The position numbers and the translations under genes were made by a program. Positions 30,066-38,632 of a stretch of 48,601 nt of DNA are shown here, one piece after another. The notes below the pieces were generated by a model that worked only from the letters and a program-made list of their open reading frames with translations, did no database searches and was not told the DNA's origin. The number at the start of each line of letters is the position of its first letter. The first letter of the stretch is position 1. The DNA is from Eubacteriales bacterium (lineage in GTDB: Bacteria; Bacillota; Clostridia; Oscillospirales; SIG627): the NCBI GenBank assembly GCA_045657125.1, contig JAZOSM010000009.1:1-48601 (forward strand), in the 5' to 3' direction.

Positions 30066-30069
30066 TTTT
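30042..30069 (+). terminator. Rho-independent terminator of the 1436-aa gene
   Basis: AAAGGAGCAG-TTTT-CTGCTCCTTT followed by TTTT. Confidence 0.8.
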
Positions 30070-30180
30070 GTGTTGGTGAGTTATACTATCAAGTGCAACA
30101 GTTTCGAAAAAAATAAAAGTTCATACGAATCTCTGATGGAATAGAGTAACCACACACCAAACCACAAAGGAGAAATTCGT

Positions 30181-30354
30181 ATGAACTACCATCATCTTGC
30201 CATAGAAGAGCGCTGTTGTCCACGGGAATATTACAAAAAAGGATAAAAAACCACGCGATTGACTAAACTCGTAGGGGCGAACTGCGTTCGACCGCAGACG
30301 AGCGAAGAAAAACGGTGGGAAAAAGGTATGCTTGAAAGAACGGCGGGGCTTTGA
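30181..30354 (+). pseudogene. Relic of an IS30-family transposase 5' end
   Basis: AAAGGAG RBS then MNYHHLAIEERCCPREYYKKG, stop, KTTRLTKLVGANCVRPQTSEEKR... This fits the IS30 N-terminal HTH pattern (Y.HL..EER......Y.kG.S.R.IAK.LGR..STISRE.KRN). It is interrupted by a stop at 30244 and truncated after ~55 codons. Confidence 0.45.
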
Positions 30355-30621
30355 AAATCGGTGGTGTGTGGCGTGTGGGGCTTTTTTGCTTTTTTCTTTG
30401 CTGAAAAGAAGATCCCACCCTTTTTCCCACCCCAAAATAATAAAAAAATCGTTTTTCCCACCCCTATAAAGAGGGGTGGGTGGGGACATTCGGCGTAAAA
30501 AGTGAGAAAATGTCCATGAACATAGAACTTAAGAAGAAGTATATTAGATTATTCTTGGTTCTGTGCAATGGTTCAAAACGCTCGGGCGTTTTGAAAAGAC
30601 ATTTCATCGGGGGAAGAAAAA

Positions 30622-33600
30622 ATGAAAAAACGAAACAGACTTCTAAGCATGGTTTTGGCATTGGTTATGCTGATTGGTTTGCTCCCCGCATCTACGCTGA
30701 CAGCGTTTGCGGAAAAGAGCACGGCGGCTTCTACCAGCACGCCTGCAACGATCAGATACGTCAGAGTGAACAGCCTTGACGAGATTGTTCCGAATGCCCG
30801 CTATATTATCGCAGGTGTTTGGACCGATGCGGAGGGCAATGATTCTTATCACCTGATGGGCAAGGATTACAGAACCAACGGCGGTTTCCACTATTCCTAT
30901 GCTCAAGATCAAAGCGATGTTCATTACTTTGATATCAGCGAAGATTTGAGCACCATTGACGCGGTAAATTACAGTTCGATCCTGAAGGTTCGTCTTCGTC
31001 CGAACGGTTATTACCCCGACAGCTACTACTTTATGGTAGACAACGGTGACGGGACTGAGAGCTATCTTTGCGGTTGGTCTACTTCCACCAATCAGGGATC
31101 TACGGGTCACGATGCCCATAGCTGTATGCCGATTTATAAGAATTCCTACAACACCTGCGGAGATGCATGGTGGTATTTGAGAATGCCCACGGAAGGTGAT
31201 TATGCGGGGGAATGGCAGATTGTCAGCCGCTGTAAATTCCGTAAGGGTGGCACTTCTACTTATGAGTACGACATTATGCAGCTTCGTACACCTTATCCCA
31301 ATTCTGCAGGACAATTCCGAGCAGAAGAAGTATATACGCGGGACGTGGGTGAAATTGAAGATAGTGAACGTATTAAATATACCGTGGATACCGACACGAA
31401 CATTATGCTGTTTCGCGAGGTATGTACGCATATAAGCACGGATGTGACTCACGTTGAACCGAAGCTTCCTACTTGCACGACACCGGGTAATATCGAATAT
31501 TGGTTCTGCAAGGGCTGCGAGACTTTCTCCAACACGGCAGATTTGTCCGGAACCATCGGAATCGCCGATGTTTTTGTTGCTCCCACTTCCCACAACGGAG
31601 AGTGCGGACACGGTGCCGTAACGAAAAAGTTTGAGCTTTACGCGGATAGCAGTTTCTCCAGCAATATGCACGGTGATGATTTTATCCTGATTGGCAAAAG
31701 CGGAGACAAGTATTATGCCATGGGCAATACAACCAATGCAGACGGCTCCCGTAATGCGGTAGAGGTTACGCGTGATGAAAACGGCATTATCACCGAAAAC
31801 TCTGACCGTGCGGAATTTTTGACGTATAACTTTGAGGATACTCCCAGCGGATTTACTGCCGACGGCGGTGTTTTCTCCGTGCTGGACGGTAAAATTCTTT
31901 CTTACGACAGATCCTTTTATCGGACAAGCGGCTACGTACCCGAAGCCGCACGCTTTAGTGTTGACGATTACGAAACCGGTCTCGGTTCTTTCTTCGCGTA
32001 TTCTTCCCGAGACACCAAGAACGAGTATATCGTTTTCGATGCGGAAAGCCTGACCTTTAAGGCGCAAAACACCAAATCGGATACCACGTATATTTACCGT
32101 CAGCTTTGCGGACACGAAAAGATGCACTATCCCAAAAATTCTTCAACCTGTACCCGTTGCGGTAACGTTGAGTATTGGTATTGTGATACCTGCTGGGAAT
32201 ACTACGGTGCCGAGGATGCCTCGATCAAACTGGATTGGGGTCAGTTGAATTCTCATGCTACCGGTCACAACTACGTGGATGGTGCTTGTGCAAACTGCAG
32301 CAAAAAGGTTCCCGTTTACACAAAGGTTACTTCGGAAGATCAGTTGGGTCAAAGTGGAACCTATATTGTGGTAGCGACGGATGGAACCAATACCTACGTT
32401 CTGAAAGAGCCGATCAATCTGGAGGCAGATTTGGACGGCAACGGTATCTGGGATGCTGAGGAAAAGGATGAAAACGGAAACGAAATTCCCGATATCTATG
32501 AAATCGATACCAATGGCAACGAAATCCCTGATATTGATGAATGGGATTTCGTAGATCCTGCAATTCCCGTTACTCCGAATCAGGACGGTACCATTTCCGT
32601 TTTTGGATTAGGTGCAGCGGAATTTGAAATGATCAAACGCGAAGAACACGGCTATGACGAAGAATTTCCCGTGGAGTATTCCGCCGGAGAAGAAGCAGAA
32701 TCCGATAAGTATTATCTCTATTTGATCAACGGCTTCCTCAATGGTATGAATAAACCCAATACCCGTTTCGATTGTTTTATTAACGGCGAAGAATACCATG
32801 GCGGTGATGAAACGAACACTTGGGGCATTTCTCTCGGTAACGGTCTGACTGCTCAGGAACAAAGAGAGCTTGGTCCGGCAAACTTCGAGATCAAGGACGA
32901 TACTGCCGTAATGTATACCGAATTTGTCGGAAACGGTGCAACCGGCGCCCTTCGTTTGAGAAAGTACAATGGACAAACCCAGTTCATTACCGAATACGAC
33001 GGTTATTTGCCAGGTGCCGTTGAAAAACTGGATGAAAACGGTGAACATTACTACGACGAAAACGGCTATTACTACTATGAAACCAACGACAGTCAGTTTG
33101 GTGTTCACTTGTATTTCGCGCCCGATGAATATTCTCATATTCACTCTTGGAGCGAGTGGGAAAAGGCGGATGACGATAATCACACCCGCACTTGTTCTGC
33201 CGAGGGTTGTAAGGTGAAAACCGAAACCAGGCCGCACACTTGGGATTCCGGAAGAGATGTCAAGGCGCCCACCTGTACCGAAAAAGGCGAAAAGATCTAT
33301 ACCTGTATTGATTGTAAGGCTACCAAGACCGAGGAGATCTCCGAAACCGGTCACGACTGGGATGAATGGAACTATACCGACGCCGATTCCCATAGCCGCG
33401 TTTGTAAAAACAACTGCGGCGTAGAAAGCGAGAAAGAAGTACATCAGTGGGGCAAATGGATTTCCGCTGATGAAAAAGAGCACAAGAAGACTTGTTCGGT
33501 ATGTAATGGTACGGTTTCCGAATCCCATAAATGGGACGAGGGCACCGTTACCAAGGAACCTACTGATTTGGCAGAAGGCGTAAGAACCTATACCTGTTCC

Positions 33601-34683
33601 GATTGCGCTCAAACGAAAATCGAAGCCATTCCCAAACTTCCTCACACCCACCGCTTTGGTGAATGGGCTCCTACCGCAGGAGATGATACCACCCATACCC
33701 GCGTTTGTCCCTGCGAAGCAACCGAAACCGAGGCTCATACTTTTGATGAGGGCGTGGTAATTCAGGCGGCAACACACATTGCCCCCGGTCAGAAGGTCTA
33801 TACCTGTTCCGTTTGCGGCTTCTCTTACGATGAAACCATTCCTACTTTGACCGATCACGAGTGGGGCGATTGGCAGGTAAATCCTCAGGACGAAACCAGC
33901 CACGTGCGCACCTGTCCTTGCGGCGAAACCGAGATTAAGCAGCACGCTTACGGTGTTCCCGTTGCAACGAAAGAACCTACTGCCGAGGCAGAAGGCGAAA
34001 AGACTTATACTTGTACCGATTGCGGTCACGTAAAGACCGAAACGATCGAAAAAATTGTTCCCATTGCCCCTGCGGAGGAGATTACAACCGAGGATAAAAG
34101 TGCAAGTTTGAAGGTTCCCGAGGGCAGTGAAGCAACGGTTGACGAGAAGGCTATCCTCGTAGTAGATTCTTGTTCTGAGGATGAAAAGAAGGATCTGGTT
34201 GAAAAAACGGAAGAAAATTTGGTTTCCGTTGTTGGTGAAGGAAAAGAGATCGTTGTAGGATACGACGTCAGCCTTTTGATGGGAGACGTTCCCGTTCAGC
34301 CCGGCGGAAAAGTATTGATTACCTTGCCGTATATGGCTAAGGATTTTCCGTACACCGATTTGGTTGTTGTTTATATTGATGACGACGGAAACGTAGTAAC
34401 TTGCGAAACCATTATCACGGAAGACGGTTACGTTGCTTTCTATACCGACCACTTCAGTACTTATGCGGTAGTCGGAAAGCAGACTTACACCCCCGGTGAC
34501 GTGGACGATATTCCCGGTGTTACCACGGACGATGCGATCTACGTACTGTTTGCCGTCAACTTCCCCGAATCCTATCCCGTAAGCCAGCCCCTTGACTTCG
34601 ACGGCAACGGCGTAGTGGATACGGACGATGCGATTTATCTTTTGTTCTACGTGAACTTCCCCGAATCCTACCCCCTGCACTAA
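30622..34683 (+). CDS. Giant secreted protein with Ca-binding Asp-rich repeats, nine His/Cys mini-modules and a C-terminal double dockerin-like module
   Basis: Signal peptide MKKRNRLLSMVLALVMLIGLLPASTLTAFA. DLDGNGIWDAEEKDENGNEIPDIYEIDTNGNEIPDIDEWD (~32430-32550). Alternating modules HxWDxG...PTCTxxGxxxYTCxxC and HxWxxW...HxRxCxC (33135-34055). GDVDDIPGVTTDDAIYVLFAVNFPESYP...DFDGNGVVDTDDAIYLLFYVNFPESYPLH (34495-34680). Confidence 0.85.
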   Translation: MKKRNRLLSMVLALVMLIGLLPASTLTAFAEKSTAASTSTPATIRYVRVNSLDEIVPNARYIIAGVWTDAEGNDSYHLMGKDYRTNGGFHYSYAQDQSDVHYFDISEDLSTIDAVNYSSILKVRLRPNGYYPDSYYFMVDNGDGTESYLCGWSTSTNQGSTGHDAHSCMPIYKNSYNTCGDAWWYLRMPTEGDYAGEWQIVSRCKFRKGGTSTYEYDIMQLRTPYPNSAGQFRAEEVYTRDVGEIEDSERIKYTVDTDTNIMLFREVCTHISTDVTHVEPKLPTCTTPGNIEYWFCKGCETFSNTADLSGTIGIADVFVAPTSHNGECGHGAVTKKFELYADSSFSSNMHGDDFILIGKSGDKYYAMGNTTNADGSRNAVEVTRDENGIITENSDRAEFLTYNFEDTPSGFTADGGVFSVLDGKILSYDRSFYRTSGYVPEAARFSVDDYETGLGSFFAYSSRDTKNEYIVFDAESLTFKAQNTKSDTTYIYRQLCGHEKMHYPKNSSTCTRCGNVEYWYCDTCWEYYGAEDASIKLDWGQLNSHATGHNYVDGACANCSKKVPVYTKVTSEDQLGQSGTYIVVATDGTNTYVLKEPINLEADLDGNGIWDAEEKDENGNEIPDIYEIDTNGNEIPDIDEWDFVDPAIPVTPNQDGTISVFGLGAAEFEMIKREEHGYDEEFPVEYSAGEEAESDKYYLYLINGFLNGMNKPNTRFDCFINGEEYHGGDETNTWGISLGNGLTAQEQRELGPANFEIKDDTAVMYTEFVGNGATGALRLRKYNGQTQFITEYDGYLPGAVEKLDENGEHYYDENGYYYYETNDSQFGVHLYFAPDEYSHIHSWSEWEKADDDNHTRTCSAEGCKVKTETRPHTWDSGRDVKAPTCTEKGEKIYTCIDCKATKTEEISETGHDWDEWNYTDADSHSRVCKNNCGVESEKEVHQWGKWISADEKEHKKTCSVCNGTVSESHKWDEGTVTKEPTDLAEGVRTYTCSDCAQTKIEAIPKLPHTHRFGEWAPTAGDDTTHTRVCPCEATETEAHTFDEGVVIQAATHIAPGQKVYTCSVCGFSYDETIPTLTDHEWGDWQVNPQDETSHVRTCPCGETEIKQHAYGVPVATKEPTAEAEGEKTYTCTDCGHVKTETIEKIVPIAPAEEITTEDKSASLKVPEGSEATVDEKAILVVDSCSEDEKKDLVEKTEENLVSVVGEGKEIVVGYDVSLLMGDVPVQPGGKVLITLPYMAKDFPYTDLVVVYIDDDGNVVTCETIITEDGYVAFYTDHFSTYAVVGKQTYTPGDVDDIPGVTTDDAIYVLFAVNFPESYPVSQPLDFDGNGVVDTDDAIYLLFYVNFPESYPLH

Positions 34684-34720
34684 AAAATAAAGCCCGAAAG
34701 GAGCAGTTTTCTGCTCCTTT
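34623..34720 (+). repeat. 98-bp perfect direct repeat, copy 2
   Basis: Identical to 29968-30065. Covers the last 19 codons, the TAA stop and the terminator hairpin of the 1353-aa gene. Confidence 0.9.
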
Positions 34721-34727
34721 CTTTTTA
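34697..34727 (+). terminator. Rho-independent terminator of the 1353-aa gene
   Basis: Same hairpin AAAGGAGCAG-TTTT-CTGCTCCTTT, followed by CTTTTTAT. Confidence 0.7.
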
Positions 34728-34733
34728 TGCGCA

Positions 34734-34762
34734 TTGACTTTTTTTCATAGGCGTGGTAAAAT
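34734..34762 (+). promoter_or_regulatory. Strong sigma-A type promoter for the 1180-aa gene
   Basis: TTGACT (34734-34739), 17-nt spacer ending in TGG (extended -10 TGn), TAAAAT (34757-34762). Lies 48 nt before ATG 34810. Confidence 0.7.
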
Positions 34763-34809
34763 AGAGTGTAAAAAAATAGCATTTTCAATATTTTATAAGG
34801 AGAAAAAAG

Positions 34810-37800
34810 ATGAAAAACACAAGACTTTGGACTGTGCTTTTTGCTGCAGCTTTGCTGTGTGCTTGTTTAGCGGGCGTACTCTTTATGGGTGCAAGCGCCG
34901 CAGACGAGGCAGTGGAGTGGTCTGTAGGCACCGATGGCGATTATGCTACGGTTGAGGCAGCACTTGCAGCCGCAGAGGAACGCGACTGGGCACAAGATGA
35001 AAAACTGGTTCTGAACCTGACGGGAAGCCACACAGCTACGGTTGTTGATGGAGTTCTGTTTGGTCAAAAGACCATTTGGAGAAGACTTGACGCAGACGGA
35101 AATGCAACCGTTTACGGCAACAAGCTTCCCATTACGATCAAGGGTGGCGGAATGGATATTGCAACTTCTGCAACCGTTGCCGCTTGCGCCAACGATTACA
35201 CCTTTGACGGTGTAACCCTGAACTGGGCCAACAACACCTTGCGCTTTTTCGCAGGTTGCGGTCAGATCACTTTGAAGGATTCTGCTTTGGGTAGTGTTCC
35301 TTCGAAATGGACTACCAGAAAATTCTATATTTTCGGTGACAACAACACCGCAAACGTTTACGAAGGCTGGACGGAAGCCGATCTGGATGCAGTTATGCAG
35401 GTTGAGGAGGGTGACGATAAGGCAACTCTTACCACCTCCATTACCTTGGATAACACTTCTTACCCCGGACTCGGCGGTGGAGGGTATTTCCCCCGTATGG
35501 GTGCAAAGGGATCTACTACCGCATGGACTGCTACCATCGGTACCAAGACCTTGAAGCCCTCTGACACCAAGGCAGCGTTTATTTTCGGAAACGGTGCGAC
35601 CGTTGGTCGTGTGGGCGGTATTGTCACGGAAGGCGAAGGTACCTGGGTTGATGAAGCCATCATCAAAATGCTTCCCGGTGGTATTGCCAATGCCGGCGGT
35701 ATCGTGGGAGATTCCGGTTCGCAGAGTACCGGCAATGATTTTGGCACTGACGTTGAAGAGAATTACGAAGGAGATATCTCCGTTTATCTTTTGAGTGGTA
35801 CTATTACCGGTACCAGCACCGTAGGTTTCCGCGCATTGACAAGTTCTTCTCTCAAGGGCAATGTCTACGTGGAAGCTGACGACATTACGATGACTTACAC
35901 TACCTCTGCCGAACCCTCAAAGATTCTGTTCCAGCTGTGTTATGGCGCTTGCAACGTAGATGGCGACATCATTGCCAATATTAAAGGCGGCGAGTATTCG
36001 GACGTTTACGGCGGCGTTGGTGGCGGCGGCACTTGCACAGGCAAGTTAGAACTGAATATTTCCGGCGGTACTATGGGAGGCGTGTACGCCAATCAGGGTC
36101 ACAAGGTAAAGGAAGTGACCAATACCATTACCGGCGGTACCATCACGACCTTCTATGGAAAAAATAACAACGGTAGTGAAACGAACATTAAGGAAATCAA
36201 AAAGGTTACCAACATCATTAAGGACGATGGAATCCTTGATGCAAACGGCAAGGATGGTCCTACCATTACGAATTTCTATGGCGGCGGCAACCGATACGGC
36301 GCTACCGATTTTGAAATCGAAAATGAGGTTTCCGGTTCCGCAACCATCACCAATTTCTATGGTGGTATGGTGCAAAGCGCCTCTTACATCAATCCCGTGA
36401 AAACCGTTACCAATACCATTGATCTTTCCAAAGACGGATCCATTGCCGTATTCTACGGCGGAAGCGGCGGTACCGCTACGAAAAATGGTACCACGGTCGG
36501 TACCGTTAAAAACATCATCAAAAACGGAAAAATCGATTGTTTCCGCGGTGGTTCAACGGTTGGCCCCGTTTCCAATATTATCAATGAAATTTCCGGCGGT
36601 ACCTTCCTCTATACGTTCAGCGGTGGCAGTGGTGATACCATCGAAAAAATCAAGAACGAGATCAGCGGCGGTGCTTTCAACGGAATTAAGGGGGATTCTT
36701 CCTCCAGCAACAACCACTATTCTGCATTCCTTGGCGTGTACGGAACCACCACCGGTTCCGTAACGGGTGGTATTGAGAATATCATTACCGGCGGTACCTT
36801 CAAGGCATACTCTTTCGGCGGATCTTACGAAAAGACCATTTCCAATTCCGACGGTCCCGCCATTAAAAATGATATCCGCGGCGGTACCTTCCACGGCTTC
36901 TGGTGCGCAAACAGCGGTGGCAATGACAGAATCACGGGCGAAATCTTGAACGAGATTTCCGGTGGTAATTTTGAAGGCTACGTAACCGGCGGCGCGTTGT
37001 ATAACAAGTCTTTCGGCGGCGGTAACAGAAACAGAGGAAATGGAAACGCATCCATTACCAACCGTATTTCCGGCGGTACCTTTGCGCACAACGTTTGTTT
37101 CGCAGATTACCCCCACGGAACCACCTATAACGGCACCGGCTTGACCGGTGAGGTGAATACCACCATCAGCGGCGGTGTTTTCAATGGTAAGATTTACACC
37201 AATACCTTTGAAGGAACCGAAGTCAATTTGTTCCCCACAGCTACCTTGACGATTGCAACCGAAGAAGGAAAAGCACTTGAGATTTACGGTGAGATTTCTG
37301 ACTGCACCTCCTTCAAAACGGAAACCGAGTCTGTGAAGATCGGTGAAAAGACCTATATCAATGCAAAATCCGTTGTGGGAACCGTAAAGCTTCACCAGAC
37401 CGAGGGCTGGTTGTCCAACGAGTATTTCGTAGCTCCTGCCGGTACTGAATTTTCCGTTACCGCAGAGAACGGCATTTTCGGATCTTATGAAGAAAAGATT
37501 GAAACGGATGCAGTTATCCTTCGCGGTGTGGATATGACCCGAGTTTATGGCGCAAGCTTGATTCTCGACGAGCGTTTGAACGTTCGAATCCTCATTGATT
37601 CCGAGGGAATGGAAACCAACAAGGATTACTTTACCTTTGCCGCTTCCATCAACGGCGAGAATTTGTCGGTTGAGGCTGAAGAATACACCTATGAAGGAGT
37701 CACCTACGATTCTTACATTATCAAGGCGCTGACCCTTGCTCAGTTTACCGAGACCGTCAAAGTTGTCGGCGATACCTTTGCTGACTTTGCCTTCTCCGTA

Positions 37801-38352
37801 GTTTCTCTTGCAGAGTCAGGCGCAGAAAATTCTGCAGACGGATCTGCTGCTGAAAAGCTCTTCCAGTCCATTGCCAACTTGGGTACCTACGTGAACGACA
37901 GCGAAGCCGAGCTGAAGTATGCTCTCGATGTTCTTGACGTTCCTGCGCACAACAACGATGCAAGCCGTACCGAAGGTGTTACCGACGTGGTTCTTACTAC
38001 CAAGACCTTGATTATGAGCAACGCCGTTGGTATTCGCCTTGCAGGAACCGGAGCAGTAGATGCTACGACTGTTAAGGTATACGTAAACGAACTGGACGTT
38101 ACCGAGCTTTGCGCTTTTGCGGCAGAAGAAGGAACCTTTACCATTGATCTGTACGTAAACGCTGCGAGACTGACCTCTAATTTGAAGGTAAAGGTGACGA
38201 ATGTTCCTGCAGAAGGTGAGGCAGAGATCGTTTACTTGGAGTATACCGAGAGAATGGATGCTTTTGCAAAGGCTGTTTGGGATGCCGGACACGAATCTGC
38301 AAAGCATTGCTTGATCTTTATTCAGGCGGTTGAAGCTTACAAGAATGCTTAA
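34810..38352 (+). CDS. Secreted 1180-aa protein with parallel beta-helix-like GG-repeat core
   Basis: Signal peptide MKNTRLWTVLFAAALLCACLAGVLFMGASA. About a dozen irregular units of the type I(S/T)GGTF..F.GG (ITGGTITTFYGK, TITNFYGGGN, ATITNFYGGM, ISGGTFLYTFSGG, ITGGTFKAYSFGG, IRGGTFHGFW, ISGGNFEGYVTGG, ISGGVFNGKIY). No dockerin. Confidence 0.75.
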   Translation: MKNTRLWTVLFAAALLCACLAGVLFMGASAADEAVEWSVGTDGDYATVEAALAAAEERDWAQDEKLVLNLTGSHTATVVDGVLFGQKTIWRRLDADGNATVYGNKLPITIKGGGMDIATSATVAACANDYTFDGVTLNWANNTLRFFAGCGQITLKDSALGSVPSKWTTRKFYIFGDNNTANVYEGWTEADLDAVMQVEEGDDKATLTTSITLDNTSYPGLGGGGYFPRMGAKGSTTAWTATIGTKTLKPSDTKAAFIFGNGATVGRVGGIVTEGEGTWVDEAIIKMLPGGIANAGGIVGDSGSQSTGNDFGTDVEENYEGDISVYLLSGTITGTSTVGFRALTSSSLKGNVYVEADDITMTYTTSAEPSKILFQLCYGACNVDGDIIANIKGGEYSDVYGGVGGGGTCTGKLELNISGGTMGGVYANQGHKVKEVTNTITGGTITTFYGKNNNGSETNIKEIKKVTNIIKDDGILDANGKDGPTITNFYGGGNRYGATDFEIENEVSGSATITNFYGGMVQSASYINPVKTVTNTIDLSKDGSIAVFYGGSGGTATKNGTTVGTVKNIIKNGKIDCFRGGSTVGPVSNIINEISGGTFLYTFSGGSGDTIEKIKNEISGGAFNGIKGDSSSSNNHYSAFLGVYGTTTGSVTGGIENIITGGTFKAYSFGGSYEKTISNSDGPAIKNDIRGGTFHGFWCANSGGNDRITGEILNEISGGNFEGYVTGGALYNKSFGGGNRNRGNGNASITNRISGGTFAHNVCFADYPHGTTYNGTGLTGEVNTTISGGVFNGKIYTNTFEGTEVNLFPTATLTIATEEGKALEIYGEISDCTSFKTETESVKIGEKTYINAKSVVGTVKLHQTEGWLSNEYFVAPAGTEFSVTAENGIFGSYEEKIETDAVILRGVDMTRVYGASLILDERLNVRILIDSEGMETNKDYFTFAASINGENLSVEAEEYTYEGVTYDSYIIKALTLAQFTETVKVVGDTFADFAFSVVSLAESGAENSADGSAAEKLFQSIANLGTYVNDSEAELKYALDVLDVPAHNNDASRTEGVTDVVLTTKTLIMSNAVGIRLAGTGAVDATTVKVYVNELDVTELCAFAAEEGTFTIDLYVNAARLTSNLKVKVTNVPAEGEAEIVYLEYTERMDAFAKAVWDAGHESAKHCLIFIQAVEAYKNA

Positions 38353-38367
38353 CGGAGGGAAAATAGT

Positions 38368-38505
38368 ATGAAAAAGAACTATGAAACTCCGAATTTGAAG
38401 ATCATTTCATTTCCTGTTGAATCCGTATTGGCACCGTCCGGTGAAACCGTGGTTGAAGCCGGCGGCAAAGGAACTGAAATCGGTGGTCCTGTCGATATTT
38501 TCTAA
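38368..38505 (+). CDS. Unannotated 45-aa ORF (MKKNYETPNLKIISFPVESVLAPSGETVVEAGGKGTEIGGPVDIF)
   Basis: GGAGGG RBS 7-8 nt upstream of the ATG. Starts 16 nt after the stop of the 1180-aa gene and is followed by a terminator at 38528-38556. Below the ORF-track length cutoff. No Cys and no signal peptide. Confidence 0.5.
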   Translation: MKKNYETPNLKIISFPVESVLAPSGETVVEAGGKGTEIGGPVDIF

Positions 38506-38527
38506 AAGTAAAAATTCATATACAAAA

Positions 38528-38556
38528 AAGGAGAGGGAAAATTCCTCTCCTTTTTC
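38528..38556 (+). terminator. Rho-independent terminator after the small ORF
   Basis: AAGGAGAGG / CCTCTCCTT with a 7-nt loop, followed by a T-run. Confidence 0.8.
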
Positions 38557-38565
38557 TCGCTTCTA

Positions 38566-38594
38566 TTGACAAATATCTACAAAGTGGATAGAAT
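38566..38594 (+). promoter_or_regulatory. Sigma-A type promoter for the 225-aa lipoprotein gene
   Basis: TTGACA (38566-38571), 17-nt spacer, TAGAAT (38589-38594). Confidence 0.7.
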
Positions 38595-38632
38595 GTATGA
38601 AACGAATTCTGATTTTATGAAGGAGAAGCATT

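Noticed and set aside
30457-30480. The 9-bp GC hairpin CCCACCCCT/AGGGGTGGG as a transcription terminator
   Set aside because: No U-run follows on either strand. The real terminator of the upstream gene is at 30042-30069. Kept only as part of the repeat-cluster observation.
30121-30489. 122-aa and 76-aa minus-strand ORFs in the spacer between the giant genes
   Set aside because: Low-complexity products (poly-F/K/P), no RBS, and they overlap the + strand IS30-like relic and the motif cluster. Treated as non-coding.
30643-34788. 494-aa and 726-aa minus-strand ORFs (30643-32127 and 32608-34788) opposite the 1353-aa gene
   Set aside because: They are antisense shadows. The + strand protein has a signal peptide, repeated modules and the same dockerin-like end as its neighbour. 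The minus-strand products have none of these.
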